Shown: positions 30,816 through 42,118 of the stretch, in pieces
Position numbering within the stretch: the stretch's first letter is position 1
Layout of the letters: the number at the start of each line of letters is the position of its first letter
From: an uncultured Desulfobacter sp.
GTDB taxonomy: Bacteria; Desulfobacterota; Desulfobacteria; Desulfobacterales; Desulfobacteraceae
DNA: 64,000 nt
Assembly: GCA_963665095.1 (NCBI GenBank)
Contig: OY762069.1
Span: forward strand, 1,408,001-1,472,000
Direction of reading: 5' to 3'
Translations under genes and position numbers: made by a program
Notes under the pieces: model-generated
Told to the model about the DNA's origin: nothing
Database searches by the model: none
What the model saw: only the letters and a program-made list of their open reading frames with translations

Positions 30816-32134
30816 ACGACACCCAAATTAACACCACCATTCCTGTCTTAGGCCCAGCTAAAATCCCATCTCCGCTTACTTCCCAGGGGGTGACCAGCCA
30901 TGGTAAAACCCGGTTCATGAAAGATGAATACAGAATTACCGTAGATGTCAGAACTGACCGGCTGATCGGGGTTGAAGCAGACAGCATTCTAAGCTTTGAA
31001 CAGGCAGGACCCCGTGAGAATATATATTTTGACCCCAGCAAGCTTAAATGTGCAGTGGCCACCTGTGGCGGTTTGTGTCCGGGACTCAATGATATCATCC
31101 GTTCCATTGTTCTTGAACTCTACTATGTCTACAAAGTGAAAAATATTTATGGCATCCGTCATGGTCTCCAGGGATTTATCCCTGAATTCGGACATGAGCT
31201 GATTGAACTGACACCCCAAACCGTCTCAGGCATCCAGAATACCGGTGGTTCCGTCCTGGGTTCCTCCCGGGGGGGACAGGATATTAATGAGATTGTCGAC
31301 TGCCTGGAGCGACTGGGCGTCGGCATCCTCTTCATGGTGGGAGGAGACGGCACGCTCATGGCGTCCAAGAAAATCGCCGATGAAATCCTGAATCGGGGGT
31401 TGAAAATTTCTGTGATCGGTATTCCCAAAACCATTGATAATGATATCTTCCTGGTGTCCCGCTCTTTTGGATTTGACTCAGCTGTGGACGTGGCTACCCA
31501 GGCCATTCAGGGGGCACACAATGAGGCGGAAGCATACCCCAACGGCATTGGTCTAATCAAACTGATGGGCCGGCATTCAGGATTCCTGGCTGCCACTGCG
31601 GCCCTTGCCCAGCCGGATGCCAATTTTGTCCTGATCCCGGAAGAAGAGATAGATCTGCATGGTGAAAACGGTTTTCTGGCAGCCCTGGAACGACGACTTG
31701 CATCAAGAAAGCACGCTGTGGTCATTGTGGCCGAAGGCGCAGGCCAAAACTTTTTTGATGGCAAAGATACAGAATATGACGCCTCGGGTAACGTGGTGCT
31801 CAAAGATATCGGGCTGTTTTTGAAAGGGGAAATTTCTGCATATTTTAAACAAAAGAATATCTCCATTTCTCTGAAGTACATTGATCCGTCATATATTATT
31901 CGCAGCCTGCCAGCCAATGCCAATGATTCAGTTTTCTGCGGACTTCTGGCAAGGGATGCCGTGCATGCGGGCATGGCTGGAAAAACAAATCTTCTGATCA
32001 GTTTCTGGAACAATAACTATGTCCATGTACCCATGGATGCCTCGGCCGGGCGGCGTAAAAAGCTGGATCCGGCCGGCAGACTGTGGCAGTCGGTACTGGA
32101 AACCACAGGCCAGAATGCCTTGATTAATACGTAA
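30812..32134 (+). CDS. pfkA: 6-phosphofructokinase (long-clade type)
   Basis: TCGGLCPGLN, GGDGT, PKTIDND, KLMGRHSG. Confidence 0.92.
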   Translation: MNDTQINTTIPVLGPAKIPSPLTSQGVTSHGKTRFMKDEYRITVDVRTDRLIGVEADSILSFEQAGPRENIYFDPSKLKCAVATCGGLCPGLNDIIRSIVLELYYVYKVKNIYGIRHGLQGFIPEFGHELIELTPQTVSGIQNTGGSVLGSSRGGQDINEIVDCLERLGVGILFMVGGDGTLMASKKIADEILNRGLKISVIGIPKTIDNDIFLVSRSFGFDSAVDVATQAIQGAHNEAEAYPNGIGLIKLMGRHSGFLAATAALAQPDANFVLIPEEEIDLHGENGFLAALERRLASRKHAVVIVAEGAGQNFFDGKDTEYDASGNVVLKDIGLFLKGEISAYFKQKNISISLKYIDPSYIIRSLPANANDSVFCGLLARDAVHAGMAGKTNLLISFWNNNYVHVPMDASAGRRKKLDPAGRLWQSVLETTGQNALINT

Positions 32135-33803
32135 TTTCCTGGAACTTTCCCTTTTTTACGGTAATCAGAAACAATTCTTTATGGGGAGTCCCGGTCTCAT
32201 CAAAACGTGTCCGTCCAGTTGCCCCGTCAAATATCATCTGGCCCTGAAGGATATTTTTAAAATCCTTTCTTGACCTTACATCTGCCGCTCTGACTGCCGT
32301 AAATAGGATCCGGGTCGTATCATAGGCAACTGCCTCTAAAAAACCGGGTTTATCCTCAAAAAACGACTGAAATGCCGTATCAAACTTTACGGTTTCAGGA
32401 TTTTTGCTCTCACTGAAGTATCCGTCACAAATAACGGCATTTTGATTATATCCACGAGACTGGACTAAAAGAGAGTCCCTGTGCCACAGATTGGTGCCCA
32501 GCAAAATAACGTCTCTAACATCGTAATAGGCCAGCTGAGGGAGAATCAGATTCACCCTGGATAAACTGTCCGGAATGAAAAGCGCCTCAAAGGCAAGATT
32601 TATCTGATTTGCTTTTTTTAATGCTGACCGGGTTGAAATTCTGTCAGAACCAAGTGCTGGTTCCTGGTCTTCCTGATACGCCTCTTCGCCTGCCGGGTCA
32701 TCATATTGGACTTCGGTCAGCTTTATTATGGGCTTGGAAAAATCAGTGTTATTCCCGTTATAAGATTCTGCTGCAACCAAATGCCCGTCAAACTGGGCAA
32801 CCATATCCCGGAACGTCTGCAAATAGCGATCCCCATATTTATCATCCGGATATAAAATCGCCACTCTTTTCAGACCCAGCTTTAAAAAAATGTAAGACCC
32901 CAGGGCTTGAACCTGCATCTCAGGGGTGATGAAATTACTGAATATATAATCACCGTAAAGAGGGATCTCGGTTTTCTGGGTCATGGCCATCATGGGGATA
33001 CCTAACTCTTGCGCCTTCTCAGCTGCATCTTCGGAAACCAGGATAGGACCCAGAATGGCAAACACATTGTCATGGGCAAGCTCCTCAACGCACTGCACCG
33101 CGTGAATGGGGTCTGATCGGCTGTCCTTAAATACCATGCTGACAGTGAAGCCTTTAACTTCGGTCAGCTGGGCCAGTGCCAACTGAATTCCCTGCATGGC
33201 CTTCTGGCCGTAAAGCTGGTATTTGCCGGACAGTGGCAGAATGCAACCCAGTTTTGTTTTATCAAAAAGAGCTGTCTCTTGTTGTGCTAAAAGTTCTTTG
33301 ATCTCCCGGGTACGGGAATGCTCAGGATATCTTTCCAGAAAGGTCTGTGAAAATAGGACAGCATTGGCTGCATCCTGCCGCTCGGCATAGTTGCGGGCGA
33401 TCCAGTAATCAAAAAGGTCCCTGGGAATGGTAAGATTTTTAATCTCTGAAAACTTTTTAATATCTTCGGGATCGGCTTTACATAAAAGCCCTTCCACTTG
33501 ATTCATGATAATGTCTTTATTATAGGATGCATCCGGTCCTGCATCTGGTTTTTCAACCAGATTAAGGGCATGATTATATATCAACAGTGCATCAGCAACA
33601 GCACCCTGCTCGGCAAAACTTCTGGCATCATTAATCAGACCGGATATATCCGCTTTTTCAGGAACAGGCTTTTGTGCCGGCACCGGGGGCGGCGGAAGGG
33701 GTGCAGGATCTGGTACAGCCTGTTTACCGCATCCGGACATAAACCCTAACGCAACAAAAAAAACGAAGGGAATTAGAACTTTGATTTGGATTGCATGTAT
33801 CAT
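32124..33803 (-). CDS. Lipoprotein, LpoA/LppC-like penicillin-binding protein activator
   Basis: Lipobox MSGC, TPR-like region, LPLSG-containing periplasmic-binding fold, DGATG. Confidence 0.75.
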   Translation of the reverse strand: MIHAIQIKVLIPFVFFVALGFMSGCGKQAVPDPAPLPPPPVPAQKPVPEKADISGLINDARSFAEQGAVADALLIYNHALNLVEKPDAGPDASYNKDIIMNQVEGLLCKADPEDIKKFSEIKNLTIPRDLFDYWIARNYAERQDAANAVLFSQTFLERYPEHSRTREIKELLAQQETALFDKTKLGCILPLSGKYQLYGQKAMQGIQLALAQLTEVKGFTVSMVFKDSRSDPIHAVQCVEELAHDNVFAILGPILVSEDAAEKAQELGIPMMAMTQKTEIPLYGDYIFSNFITPEMQVQALGSYIFLKLGLKRVAILYPDDKYGDRYLQTFRDMVAQFDGHLVAAESYNGNNTDFSKPIIKLTEVQYDDPAGEEAYQEDQEPALGSDRISTRSALKKANQINLAFEALFIPDSLSRVNLILPQLAYYDVRDVILLGTNLWHRDSLLVQSRGYNQNAVICDGYFSESKNPETVKFDTAFQSFFEDKPGFLEAVAYDTTRILFTAVRAADVRSRKDFKNILQGQMIFDGATGRTRFDETGTPHKELFLITVKKGKFQEITY

Positions 33804-33872
33804 TAAGATTCCAGTTAATTTTTGTTATTATTATCTTTTCTTTAAACTGCAGGGTATAGTCAAATAAGGACG

Positions 33873-34784
33873 TTATGTCAAAAATTCTTTTGCCTGTTCA
33901 ATGGCCTTATCTGTATCTGACACATCTATCCAGACCAGACCCGGCTCTTTGTTGAACCAGGTAAACTGTCGTTTGGCATATCTTCGGGTATCCCGCTTTA
34001 AAAGTCGTATGGCCTCATTCAGATCGGCTTCTCCCTTGAGATACATGCCCATGTGCCGGTAACCAATGGACTGCATGGATTTTAAATCAAGGGAATATCC
34101 TTTTGCCACAAGCTGTTTCACCTCTTCAAGGAGGCCTTGTTCCATCATGATGTCCACCCGACGGTTTATTCTTTCATATAAGACACTGCGGTCCATAAAA
34201 AGTCCAAACGTAAGGCTTTCATACCGGTTTGATTTAAAATCGTGGTCGCTCTGACGACTGGAAATAGGGGTTCCGGTTGTCTGAAAGACTTCAAGTGCCC
34301 TGACAATCCTGAACCCGTCATTGGGATGAATTTTTTTGGCCGCATCGGGATCACAGATTGCGAGCTGTTCGTGAAGTACCACAGGCCCTTTATCTTCAAG
34401 CTCGTCATTCAATTGATCCAGGGTTTGCGGACAGACAGGTCTTGCCCTGAACAGTCCATGAATCAATGCCCTTATATAAAGGCCGGTCCCCCCGGCCACC
34501 ACCGGCACCAGGCCCCGCTCAGTGATATCGGCAATGGCCTGATCCGCCATGGCGGAAAAACGGCCGGCATCAAACTCCTCTTTCGGGTCAAGAAAGTCAA
34601 CAAGGTGATGAACAGCCTGCTTTCGTTCCATTTCATCGGGTTTGGCGGTACCCACATCCATATACTTATAAATCTGCATGGAATCCGCCCCGACAATTTC
34701 TGCATTCAGTGCCCGGGAAAGCGTAATTGCAAATCCTGTTTTTCCAACTCCGGTGGGACCGCATATAGTAATAATTTTAATCAT
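33873..34784 (-). CDS. miaA: tRNA dimethylallyltransferase
   Basis: GPTGVGKT, DSMQIY...GTAKP, GGTGLY, YAKRQFTWF. Confidence 0.97.
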   Translation of the reverse strand: MIKIITICGPTGVGKTGFAITLSRALNAEIVGADSMQIYKYMDVGTAKPDEMERKQAVHHLVDFLDPKEEFDAGRFSAMADQAIADITERGLVPVVAGGTGLYIRALIHGLFRARPVCPQTLDQLNDELEDKGPVVLHEQLAICDPDAAKKIHPNDGFRIVRALEVFQTTGTPISSRQSDHDFKSNRYESLTFGLFMDRSVLYERINRRVDIMMEQGLLEEVKQLVAKGYSLDLKSMQSIGYRHMGMYLKGEADLNEAIRLLKRDTRRYAKRQFTWFNKEPGLVWIDVSDTDKAIEQAKEFLT

Positions 34785-35106
34785 ACAAAAAATGAGCCCT
34801 GATAAGGTAATCGTCAGTCCTGTATAGGGTTATTAAATAAGGCAATTAAGGTTGACATTATTTAGTGAAACAGTCTATATCATGATTTTAAATTAATGGT
34901 AAGTAATTAAGGCCTTAAACCGCATAGTCTGTATACAGTTTAGAGGTTTTATCATGAAAAACAAAACCTGTTTTTCAAAATTTGTTACCATTGTGACCAT
35001 GGTTCGACCTGGTCATTTTTCTCCAGGTTGGATCTTCAACTATACATGAAAGAACGCCTGCCTTCATCTGGTTCTTTCATATTAATCCTTAAGGAGAGAT
35101 CACACT

Positions 35107-38100
35107 ATGAGTTCTGAAACAATCGGATCAGTCGCGGTGGTTGGCGGAGGTATATCCGGCATGCTGACAGCCCTTGATCTTGCCAACTCCGGATACTACG
35201 TCCATCTGGTGGAGAAAAGTCCTTCCATTGGCGGGGTAATGTCCCAGCTTGATAAGACATTTCCCACCAATGACTGTGCCATGTGAATTATCTCACCTAC
35301 ACTGGTCGAGGTCGGCCGGCACTTGAATATTGAATTACTCACTCTGTCAGAAATAGAAAAAGTATCTGGTGAGGCGGGAAATTTTGAAATTACCCTGAAC
35401 CAGAGTCCACGATTTATCGATACCAACAAATGTACGGGATGCGGCGAATGTGCCGAAGCCTGTCCTGTCACTCTGCCAAGCCTTTTTGAACAGGGCCTGG
35501 GATTAAGAAAAGCCACCTTTAAACCTTATGCACAGGCTGTCCCGGGGGCTTTTTCCATTTCCAAGAAAGACCGTTCCCCCTGTACCAATGCCTGTCCCAA
35601 TGAAGTAAATGCCCATGGTTACGTCAAGATGATTGGCCAGAAGAAGTATAAAGAGGCATTGGAAGTCATTACCCGTAACCTGCCCATGCCGGGTTCCATT
35701 GGCCGCATTTGTCCTCACCCCTGCGAAGATGCCTGCCGGCGTCAGCAGGTGGAGGAACCCATTTCCATCTGCAGTCTGAAACGATTTGCTGCCGATCAGG
35801 TGGACATCACCAGCCTTGAGCTGCCTGAAATCCCGTTACGGGAAGAAAAGGTCGCCATTGTAGGAGCAGGCCCTGCAGGTCTTACTGCTGCCTGGTTTCT
35901 TGCCAATAAAGGGGTTCAGGTCACCATTTTCGAGGCCCTTCCGGCTGCCGGCGGTATGCTTAAGGTGGGTATTCCTGATTACCGCCTGCCCCCTGAAGTC
36001 CTGGATAAGGAAACTGCCTTTATTACCTCAAGGCCCGGCGTTGAGATAAAATACAACACAGCCCTGGGCAGAGACTTCACCGTGGATTCGTTAATGGAGG
36101 AAGGGTATAAATCTGTATATCTGGCCATTGGCTGCCATACGGGGATGACCCTTGGCATACCCGGAGAAGATGCCCAGGGGGTTATTTCCGGTGTTGAGCT
36201 TTTAAAAGAGGTGGCCTTAGGGCGGTTTGAAGGACTTTCCGGCAATGTCGCCATTATCGGCGGTGGTGATGTGGCCATAGATGCAGCCAGAACAGCCTTA
36301 AGAATCGGTGCGGACAAGGTGAGTATCCTTTACAGACGAACCGAGGCTGAAATGCCGGCTCGCGATGAAGAGATCGAAGATGCCCTGGAAGAAAATGTGG
36401 ATATCCAGTTTCTTACCGCACCTGTTGAAGTGGTGGTTGAAAACGGAAAAACCGTCGGCATCAAATGTCTGAAAATGGAACTTGGAGAACCTGATAAAAG
36501 CGGCAGACGGCGGCCGGTGCCCATTGAGGGCAGTGAATTTATTCTGGATGCCGACTATATCATCCCGGCCATCGGTCAGAGAACAAACTCTGCCTGCCTT
36601 GAGACCTCCACAGGAATTGAGATCAATAAATGGGCCAACATTGAAGCCGATCCCATCTCTTTTGAAACTTCCCGCAAAGGGGTGTTTGCCGGCGGTGATG
36701 CCCAGACCGGGGCCTCCATTGCCATCAATGCCGTGGCAGCCGGAAAAGAGGCAGCCATCTCTATCATCCGCCTTTTGGATGGTCTCGATCTCAAAGAGGG
36801 ACGGGATCCCATTGAGTATGCCCAGAAAGATTTCAACAAAATACCCGAAGACGTTAAAAAGACCCCCAGGCACCACATGTCCCGCATCGACATGGACCAG
36901 CGGCTTAAAGGATTTGCCGAAGTGGAGCTGGGCTTTACAGAAGAGCAGGCCCTGGCAGAAGCCGGGAAGTGTTTGGACTGTATGGTGTGCTGCGAGTGCT
37001 TTGAATGTGTCAAAGCCTGCGGTGCCGGTGCTTTGACCCTTGAAACCCATCAGCAGACCGGCGGTCAAAAGGTGCTTAACACCGGTTCCATCGTACTGGC
37101 CCCGGGGTTTGAGCCTTATAATCCGTCAGGCCTTGACTATTATGGGTTTGACCGGTTTGCCAATGTGGTCACCTCCATGCAGTTTGAACGGATTCTGTCG
37201 GCCTCCGGTCCCACCCAGGGGCATCTGGTACGGCTGTCCGACCACAAGGAGCCCAAAAAGATCGCCTGGTTCCAGTGCGTGGGCTCAAGGGACATGAACC
37301 GCTGTGACAATGCCTACTGCTCCTCTGTGTGCTGTATGTATGCGCTTAAGGAAGCCGTGATTGCCAAAGAACATGCCGGCGCCGGTCTGGAGTGCTCCAT
37401 TTTCTATATGGATATGCGGACCCACGGCAAGGATTTTGAAAGATATTACAACCGGGCCCAGGACCAGGGCATCCGCTTTGTCCGGTCTCGTCCCCATACG
37501 GTTCTTGAAAAGGGAGACGATCTTGAGATCACCTATGTGGATGAAACAGGGAAAAGCGTCATTGAAACCTTTGACATGATTGTTCTCTCCATAGGCTTGG
37601 AAATATCTCCTGAAATCATAGAGATGGCAAAAGACCTGGATATTGAGCTCACCAGCGGAAATTTTGCAAAAACCGCCTCTTTTTCACCGGTTGAAACCAG
37701 CCGTAAGGGCGTATTTGTGGCAGGTGCCTTCCAGGGACCCAAAGATATTCCCCAGTCAGTTGTGGACTCTTCTGCAGCCGCCGCTGAGGCAGGGGCTTTG
37801 CTTGCACCTGCAAGAAATACTTTGATCAAGGTGCCTGAAGAAATTCCGGAAACCAATATTGTAGGTGAACGGCCCAGAATCGGCGTCTTTGTCTGCAACT
37901 GCGGTTCCAATATCGCAGGCGTGGTCAATGTGCCCGAAGTTCGCGATTATGCAGCAACGCTTCCCTATGTTGAGTATTGCACGGATAATCTTTATACCTG
38001 TTCCCAGGATACTCAGGACACCATGACCCAGATTATCAAGGAGCATAAACTCAACCGGATTGTGGTGGCGGCGTGTACCCCTAAAACCCATGAACCGCTG

Positions 38101-39549
38101 TTTCAGGAGACACTGATCAATGCCGGTCTGAACAAGTATCTCTTTGAAATGACCAATATCCGGAACCATGCCTCCTGGGTTCACAAGGAGTCTCCGGAAC
38201 TTGCCACCCAGAAGGCCAAGGATCTGATCCGCATGTCCATTTATAAGGTGGCCCTGCTTGAACCACTTAAGGAGGCGGAACTTCAGGTCAATCCGGTGGC
38301 CATGGTCATCGGCGGCGGCATTTCCGGGATGGTGTCTGCTAAAAACCTTGCCCAGCAAGGATATGAGGTTCATCTGGTGGAAAAACAGGATACACTTGGC
38401 GGGCAGGCGAACCAGCTTTACCGCACTTACCAGGATGAAGACATCTCAGCCGAACTGGGTACACTTATTAAAGATGTTACCGGCAATAGCAACGTTCATT
38501 TGCATATGAACACCACCCTGGAAGATGTCCAGGGTTTTGTGGGTAATTTCAAATCCGAGCTGAAGAACGGCAAGGGTTCTACCACCCTTGAACATGGCGT
38601 GGCCATTGTTGCCACAGGTGCCCATGAACATAAGCCGGATGAATACTGCTACGGTAAAGATGACCGGATTCTCACCAGCCTTGAACTGGATAAAAAGTTC
38701 ATTGAAAAGGATGACAGCCTTAAGGATCTAAACACTGCCGTATTTATCCAGTGTGTGGGGTCAAGGGAAAAGGAAAGACCCTATTGTTCACGGGTCTGCT
38801 GCACCCACTCCATTGAAAGCGCCCTGGAACTTAAAAAGATGAACCCGGACATGAATGTTTACATTCTTTACAGGGACATCCGAACTTATGGTGAAAGGGA
38901 ATATAAATACCAGCAGGCACGGACAGCCGGCATTATTTTCATCCGTTACTCTGTGGATGATAAGCCGGTGGTAGATGTGAAAGACGGCAGTTTGACCATT
39001 ACCACAAAAGACCATGTTCTTGGCTTACCCGTTGAAATCGAGACGGATCTGATCACCCTTGCCACAGCCATTATCCCCAACAGTGATGAAAAGCTTGCCA
39101 ATTTCTTTAAAGTGCCCATGAACGAAGACGGGTTCTTTGTTGAGAAACACGCCAAGCTTGGACCGTCTGAGTTTGCCACGGACGGCGTATTCCTGTGCGG
39201 ACTGGCCCACTACCCCAAACCCATTGATGAGGCCATTGCCCACGGGCAGGCTGCCGCATCCAGGGCGGTCACGCTTCTGGCCAGGGAGACGGTGAAGACC
39301 TCAGGTACTGTGGCTGCCGTAGATCCCATGAAGTGTTCTTCCTGCGGCGTCTGTGTCTCCATCTGCCCTTACTCTGCCCCGGCATTTGAAACTGAGGGAC
39401 GGTTTGAGGGTAAGGCGGCGGTCAATCCGGTACTGTGCAAAGGTTGCGGCCTGTGTGTCGCTTCCTGCAGGTCTGGCGCGCTTCACCTGAAAGGGTTTGA
39501 TACCAATCAGATACTTGCTCAGATTTTTGCATTGGGAGAAGCTGTATAG
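35107..39549 (+). CDS. hdrA: Large HdrA-like flavoprotein (HdrL type; two HdrA FAD modules plus GltD-like NAD(P)H domain), selenoprotein, 1480 aa
   Basis: RBS AAGGAG, ATG 35107, [13 protein letters not shown] motif, [19 protein letters not shown] in frame with the 35323 ORF. The TGA at 35284 falls on a conserved HdrA Cys. Confidence 0.9.
35302..35319 (+). promoter_or_regulatory. Candidate SECIS element of hdrA
   Basis: CTGGTCG-AGGT-CGGCCGG stem-loop beginning 15 nt after the UGA. Confidence 0.6.
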
Positions 39550-39555
39550 CTGTCC

Positions 39556-39597
39556 TAGGACCATCCATGGGTGTCGCTACACTTATGGATGGTCCTA
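39556..39597. other. Long intercistronic hairpin between hdrA and flxD
   Basis: TAGGACCATCCAT-GGGTGT-cgct-ACACTT-ATGGATGGTCCTA; 19-bp stem with 2 G-U pairs and no U tract. Confidence 0.7.
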
Positions 39598-39649
39598 TCA
39601 ACTGCTTTAAAACTTAAAAATTGAGTGCTTTCACATATAAGGAGTCATA

Positions 39650-40072
39650 ATGACTGAACATAATACAAAAATTGTTGCATTTCTGTGCAACTGGTGCAGC
39701 TATGGCGCAGCCGACCTTGCCGGCGTCAGCCGGATGCAGTATCCGGCTGATGTACGGGTGATCCGAATTCCGTGTACCGGACGAATGAGTCCGAAATTCA
39801 TCCTGTCCGCCCTTAGAGAAGGGGCCGATGCCGTATGGGTGTCCGGCTGACATCCCGGTGAATGCCATTACCTGGAAGGTAATTACTATGCACGCCGGAA
39901 ATTCGCATTAATGGGAAATCTGCTTGAACACATGGGGATTGAAAAAGATCGGGTTCATTTTTCCTGGATTTCATCTGCCGAAGCCACCAAGTTTGCAGAT
40001 GTTGTCAGAGAAATCTGTAAAAAGGTTGAAGCGCTTGGACCCAATACAAAATTTGTAAAGGACTATAGCTGA
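39650..40072 (+). CDS. mvhD: MvhD/FlxD [2Fe-2S] subunit, selenoprotein, 140 aa
   Basis: [29 protein letters not shown] (canonical GCHPGDCHY). Frame continues to TGA at 40070-40072, overlapping the next ATG. Confidence 0.92.
39867..39883 (+). promoter_or_regulatory. Candidate SECIS element of mvhD/flxD
   Basis: ATTACCT-GGA-AGGTAAT perfect stem 16 nt after the UGA at 39848-39850. Confidence 0.65.
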
Positions 40073-41019
40073 TGGATACTTGTATGGATAAAATAAAACA
40101 GCTGGCTTGTGACCTGCTTGAAAAAGGTGAGGTGGATCAGGTGGTCGGGTTTACCAACGGGACCCTTCCCATGGCTACGCGACCTGTGATCATCCGCTCC
40201 AAAAAAGATATTGATAAATTGACATTCAACTCTTTTTGCGGGCTCAACCTTGCCAACTATGTCCGGCAGCAAAAGGGTAAAACCGCTGTAATTGCCAAAG
40301 GGTGTGACTCCAGAAATATTGTCACCCATATCGTTGAAAATCAGGTCAAGCGGGACCAGATTTATGTCATTGGCGTGCCCTGCACTGGCATGGTGGATAA
40401 AACCAAGCTTGCACAGAAAGTTGAAGAGGATATTACCGCTGTTTCGGAAGAAAACGGTAAACTGATTGTAACCACCGCTTCAAAAACCGAAACCATTGAT
40501 AAAAAAGCGGTGTTAAAAGGCAACTGCATGTACTGCACCCATCCAAACCCTGAAATCTGTGATGTGATGGCGGCAGAACCCGTGGAGGTGCCTAAGCTTG
40601 ACAACGCCTTTGCCGATGTGGATGAGATTGCGGCATTAGAACCGGAACAGCGTTGGGCCCATTTTGAGGATCTTTTATCCAACTGCATCCGCTGTTATGC
40701 CTGCAGAAATGCCTGTCCTTTATGTTACTGCCCCACCTGTTTTGTGGATGAATCAGGGCCCCAGTGGGTGGGCAAGGGCCAGAATAAAACAGATGTCTTA
40801 ACCTTTCATTTCCTTCGGGCATACCATTGCGCCGGCCGCTGCACTGACTGCGGTGCCTGTGTGGAGGCCTGTCCCATGGGAATCAATGTCAGAGATTTTA
40901 CCCGGAAATTGAACAAGGATGCCCTGGATCTGTTTGGGTGGGAAGCGGGATGTGATCCTGAAAAACGACCGCCCCTTGATGCATTCAGTCCTGATGATCC
41001 AAATGATTTTATCAAGTAA
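40072..41019 (+). CDS. flxC: FlxC-like 4Fe-4S dicluster protein
   Basis: CIRCYACRNACPLCYCPTC and CTDCGACVEACP; position in hdrA-flxD-flxC-flxB-flxA order. Confidence 0.75.
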   Translation: MDTCMDKIKQLACDLLEKGEVDQVVGFTNGTLPMATRPVIIRSKKDIDKLTFNSFCGLNLANYVRQQKGKTAVIAKGCDSRNIVTHIVENQVKRDQIYVIGVPCTGMVDKTKLAQKVEEDITAVSEENGKLIVTTASKTETIDKKAVLKGNCMYCTHPNPEICDVMAAEPVEVPKLDNAFADVDEIAALEPEQRWAHFEDLLSNCIRCYACRNACPLCYCPTCFVDESGPQWVGKGQNKTDVLTFHFLRAYHCAGRCTDCGACVEACPMGINVRDFTRKLNKDALDLFGWEAGCDPEKRPPLDAFSPDDPNDFIK

Positions 41020-41041
41020 CCGTTACGAATAAGGAAATCTC

Positions 41042-42097
41042 ATGAATTTCATAAACATTGATAAAAAAGACTGGGACCAGGGCATTGATCTTTCCAGGAA
41101 AGCATACAGGCTCTTCGGCCCGGTAACAGATAAAAACGGCTGCAGGTTCCAGGAACTTGCACCCGGCACTGCGCCTGAGATGGATGTCCGTGATACCGTC
41201 ATGTCGCCCAAGTGTGTCATTTTTCCCCAGTCAGAACCCATTATTACCTCCTGTCTGGATGAAAACAAAAAAGACCACCACATCATGAAACGGGCGGAAA
41301 CCGATTATTCACCCAGAGCGGTTCTTGGCATCAGACCCTATGACGCCAAGGCGGTTCAGCTGGTCAAGCTCAATTTTGACACGGATGATTATCGTGATCC
41401 CTACTGGTGTGACGCCTATGAAGCCACCACTTTTGTGGGCCTTGCTGAAAATCACCCGGGGCCCTTGGACTTTTCAATGTCCGTGGGGTCAGGTCCCTTT
41501 GCCGAAGAGGGCTTAGATGTGCTATTGGCGGATATGGATGACAAATATGTCGCCAAAGTGCTTACGGACAAGGGGCAGGCCTATATGGACGCCTGCGGGT
41601 TTAATAACATAGCCGAAGAAAAAGAGACCTCTGCCCTGTTTGATATATTAAAAAAACAGGCTGAAAAAGAGGCGGTATCCAATGTCTCAACAGACCATTT
41701 GAAAGAGAAAACCCTGCTTGACCTCCACGAGGCACCCTTCTGGGATGACTTGGCCTTTGCCTGCATCAACTGCGGGACATGTACCTTTGTCTGCCCGACC
41801 TGCTGGTGCTTTGACATCCAGGACGAGACCAAGCTCAAGGAATCAACACGGTACAGGAACTGGGACACCTGCATGTCCCCCTTGTTCACACGGCATGCCA
41901 CAGGCCACAACCCAAGAGGTGAAAAGACCCAGCGGGTCCGCCAACGCTTTATGCACAAGCTCAAATATTTTCTGGACAAATATGACCAGGGCATTATGTG
42001 TGTGGGATGCGGCAGATGCGTGAAAAGTTGTCCGGTAAACATTGATATCCGGCAGGTCTGTGAAACAATGAACGCATATGAAAAGCTTGTAGATTAG
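41042..42097 (+). CDS. flxB: FlxB-like (AsrA-type) 4Fe-4S protein
   Basis: CINCGTCTFVCPTCWCFD, RVRQRFMHK, CVGCGRCVKSCP. Confidence 0.8.
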   Translation: MNFINIDKKDWDQGIDLSRKAYRLFGPVTDKNGCRFQELAPGTAPEMDVRDTVMSPKCVIFPQSEPIITSCLDENKKDHHIMKRAETDYSPRAVLGIRPYDAKAVQLVKLNFDTDDYRDPYWCDAYEATTFVGLAENHPGPLDFSMSVGSGPFAEEGLDVLLADMDDKYVAKVLTDKGQAYMDACGFNNIAEEKETSALFDILKKQAEKEAVSNVSTDHLKEKTLLDLHEAPFWDDLAFACINCGTCTFVCPTCWCFDIQDETKLKESTRYRNWDTCMSPLFTRHATGHNPRGEKTQRVRQRFMHKLKYFLDKYDQGIMCVGCGRCVKSCPVNIDIRQVCETMNAYEKLVD

Positions 42098-42118
42098 CGG
42101 ACAAAGGAGAATTTCAAA

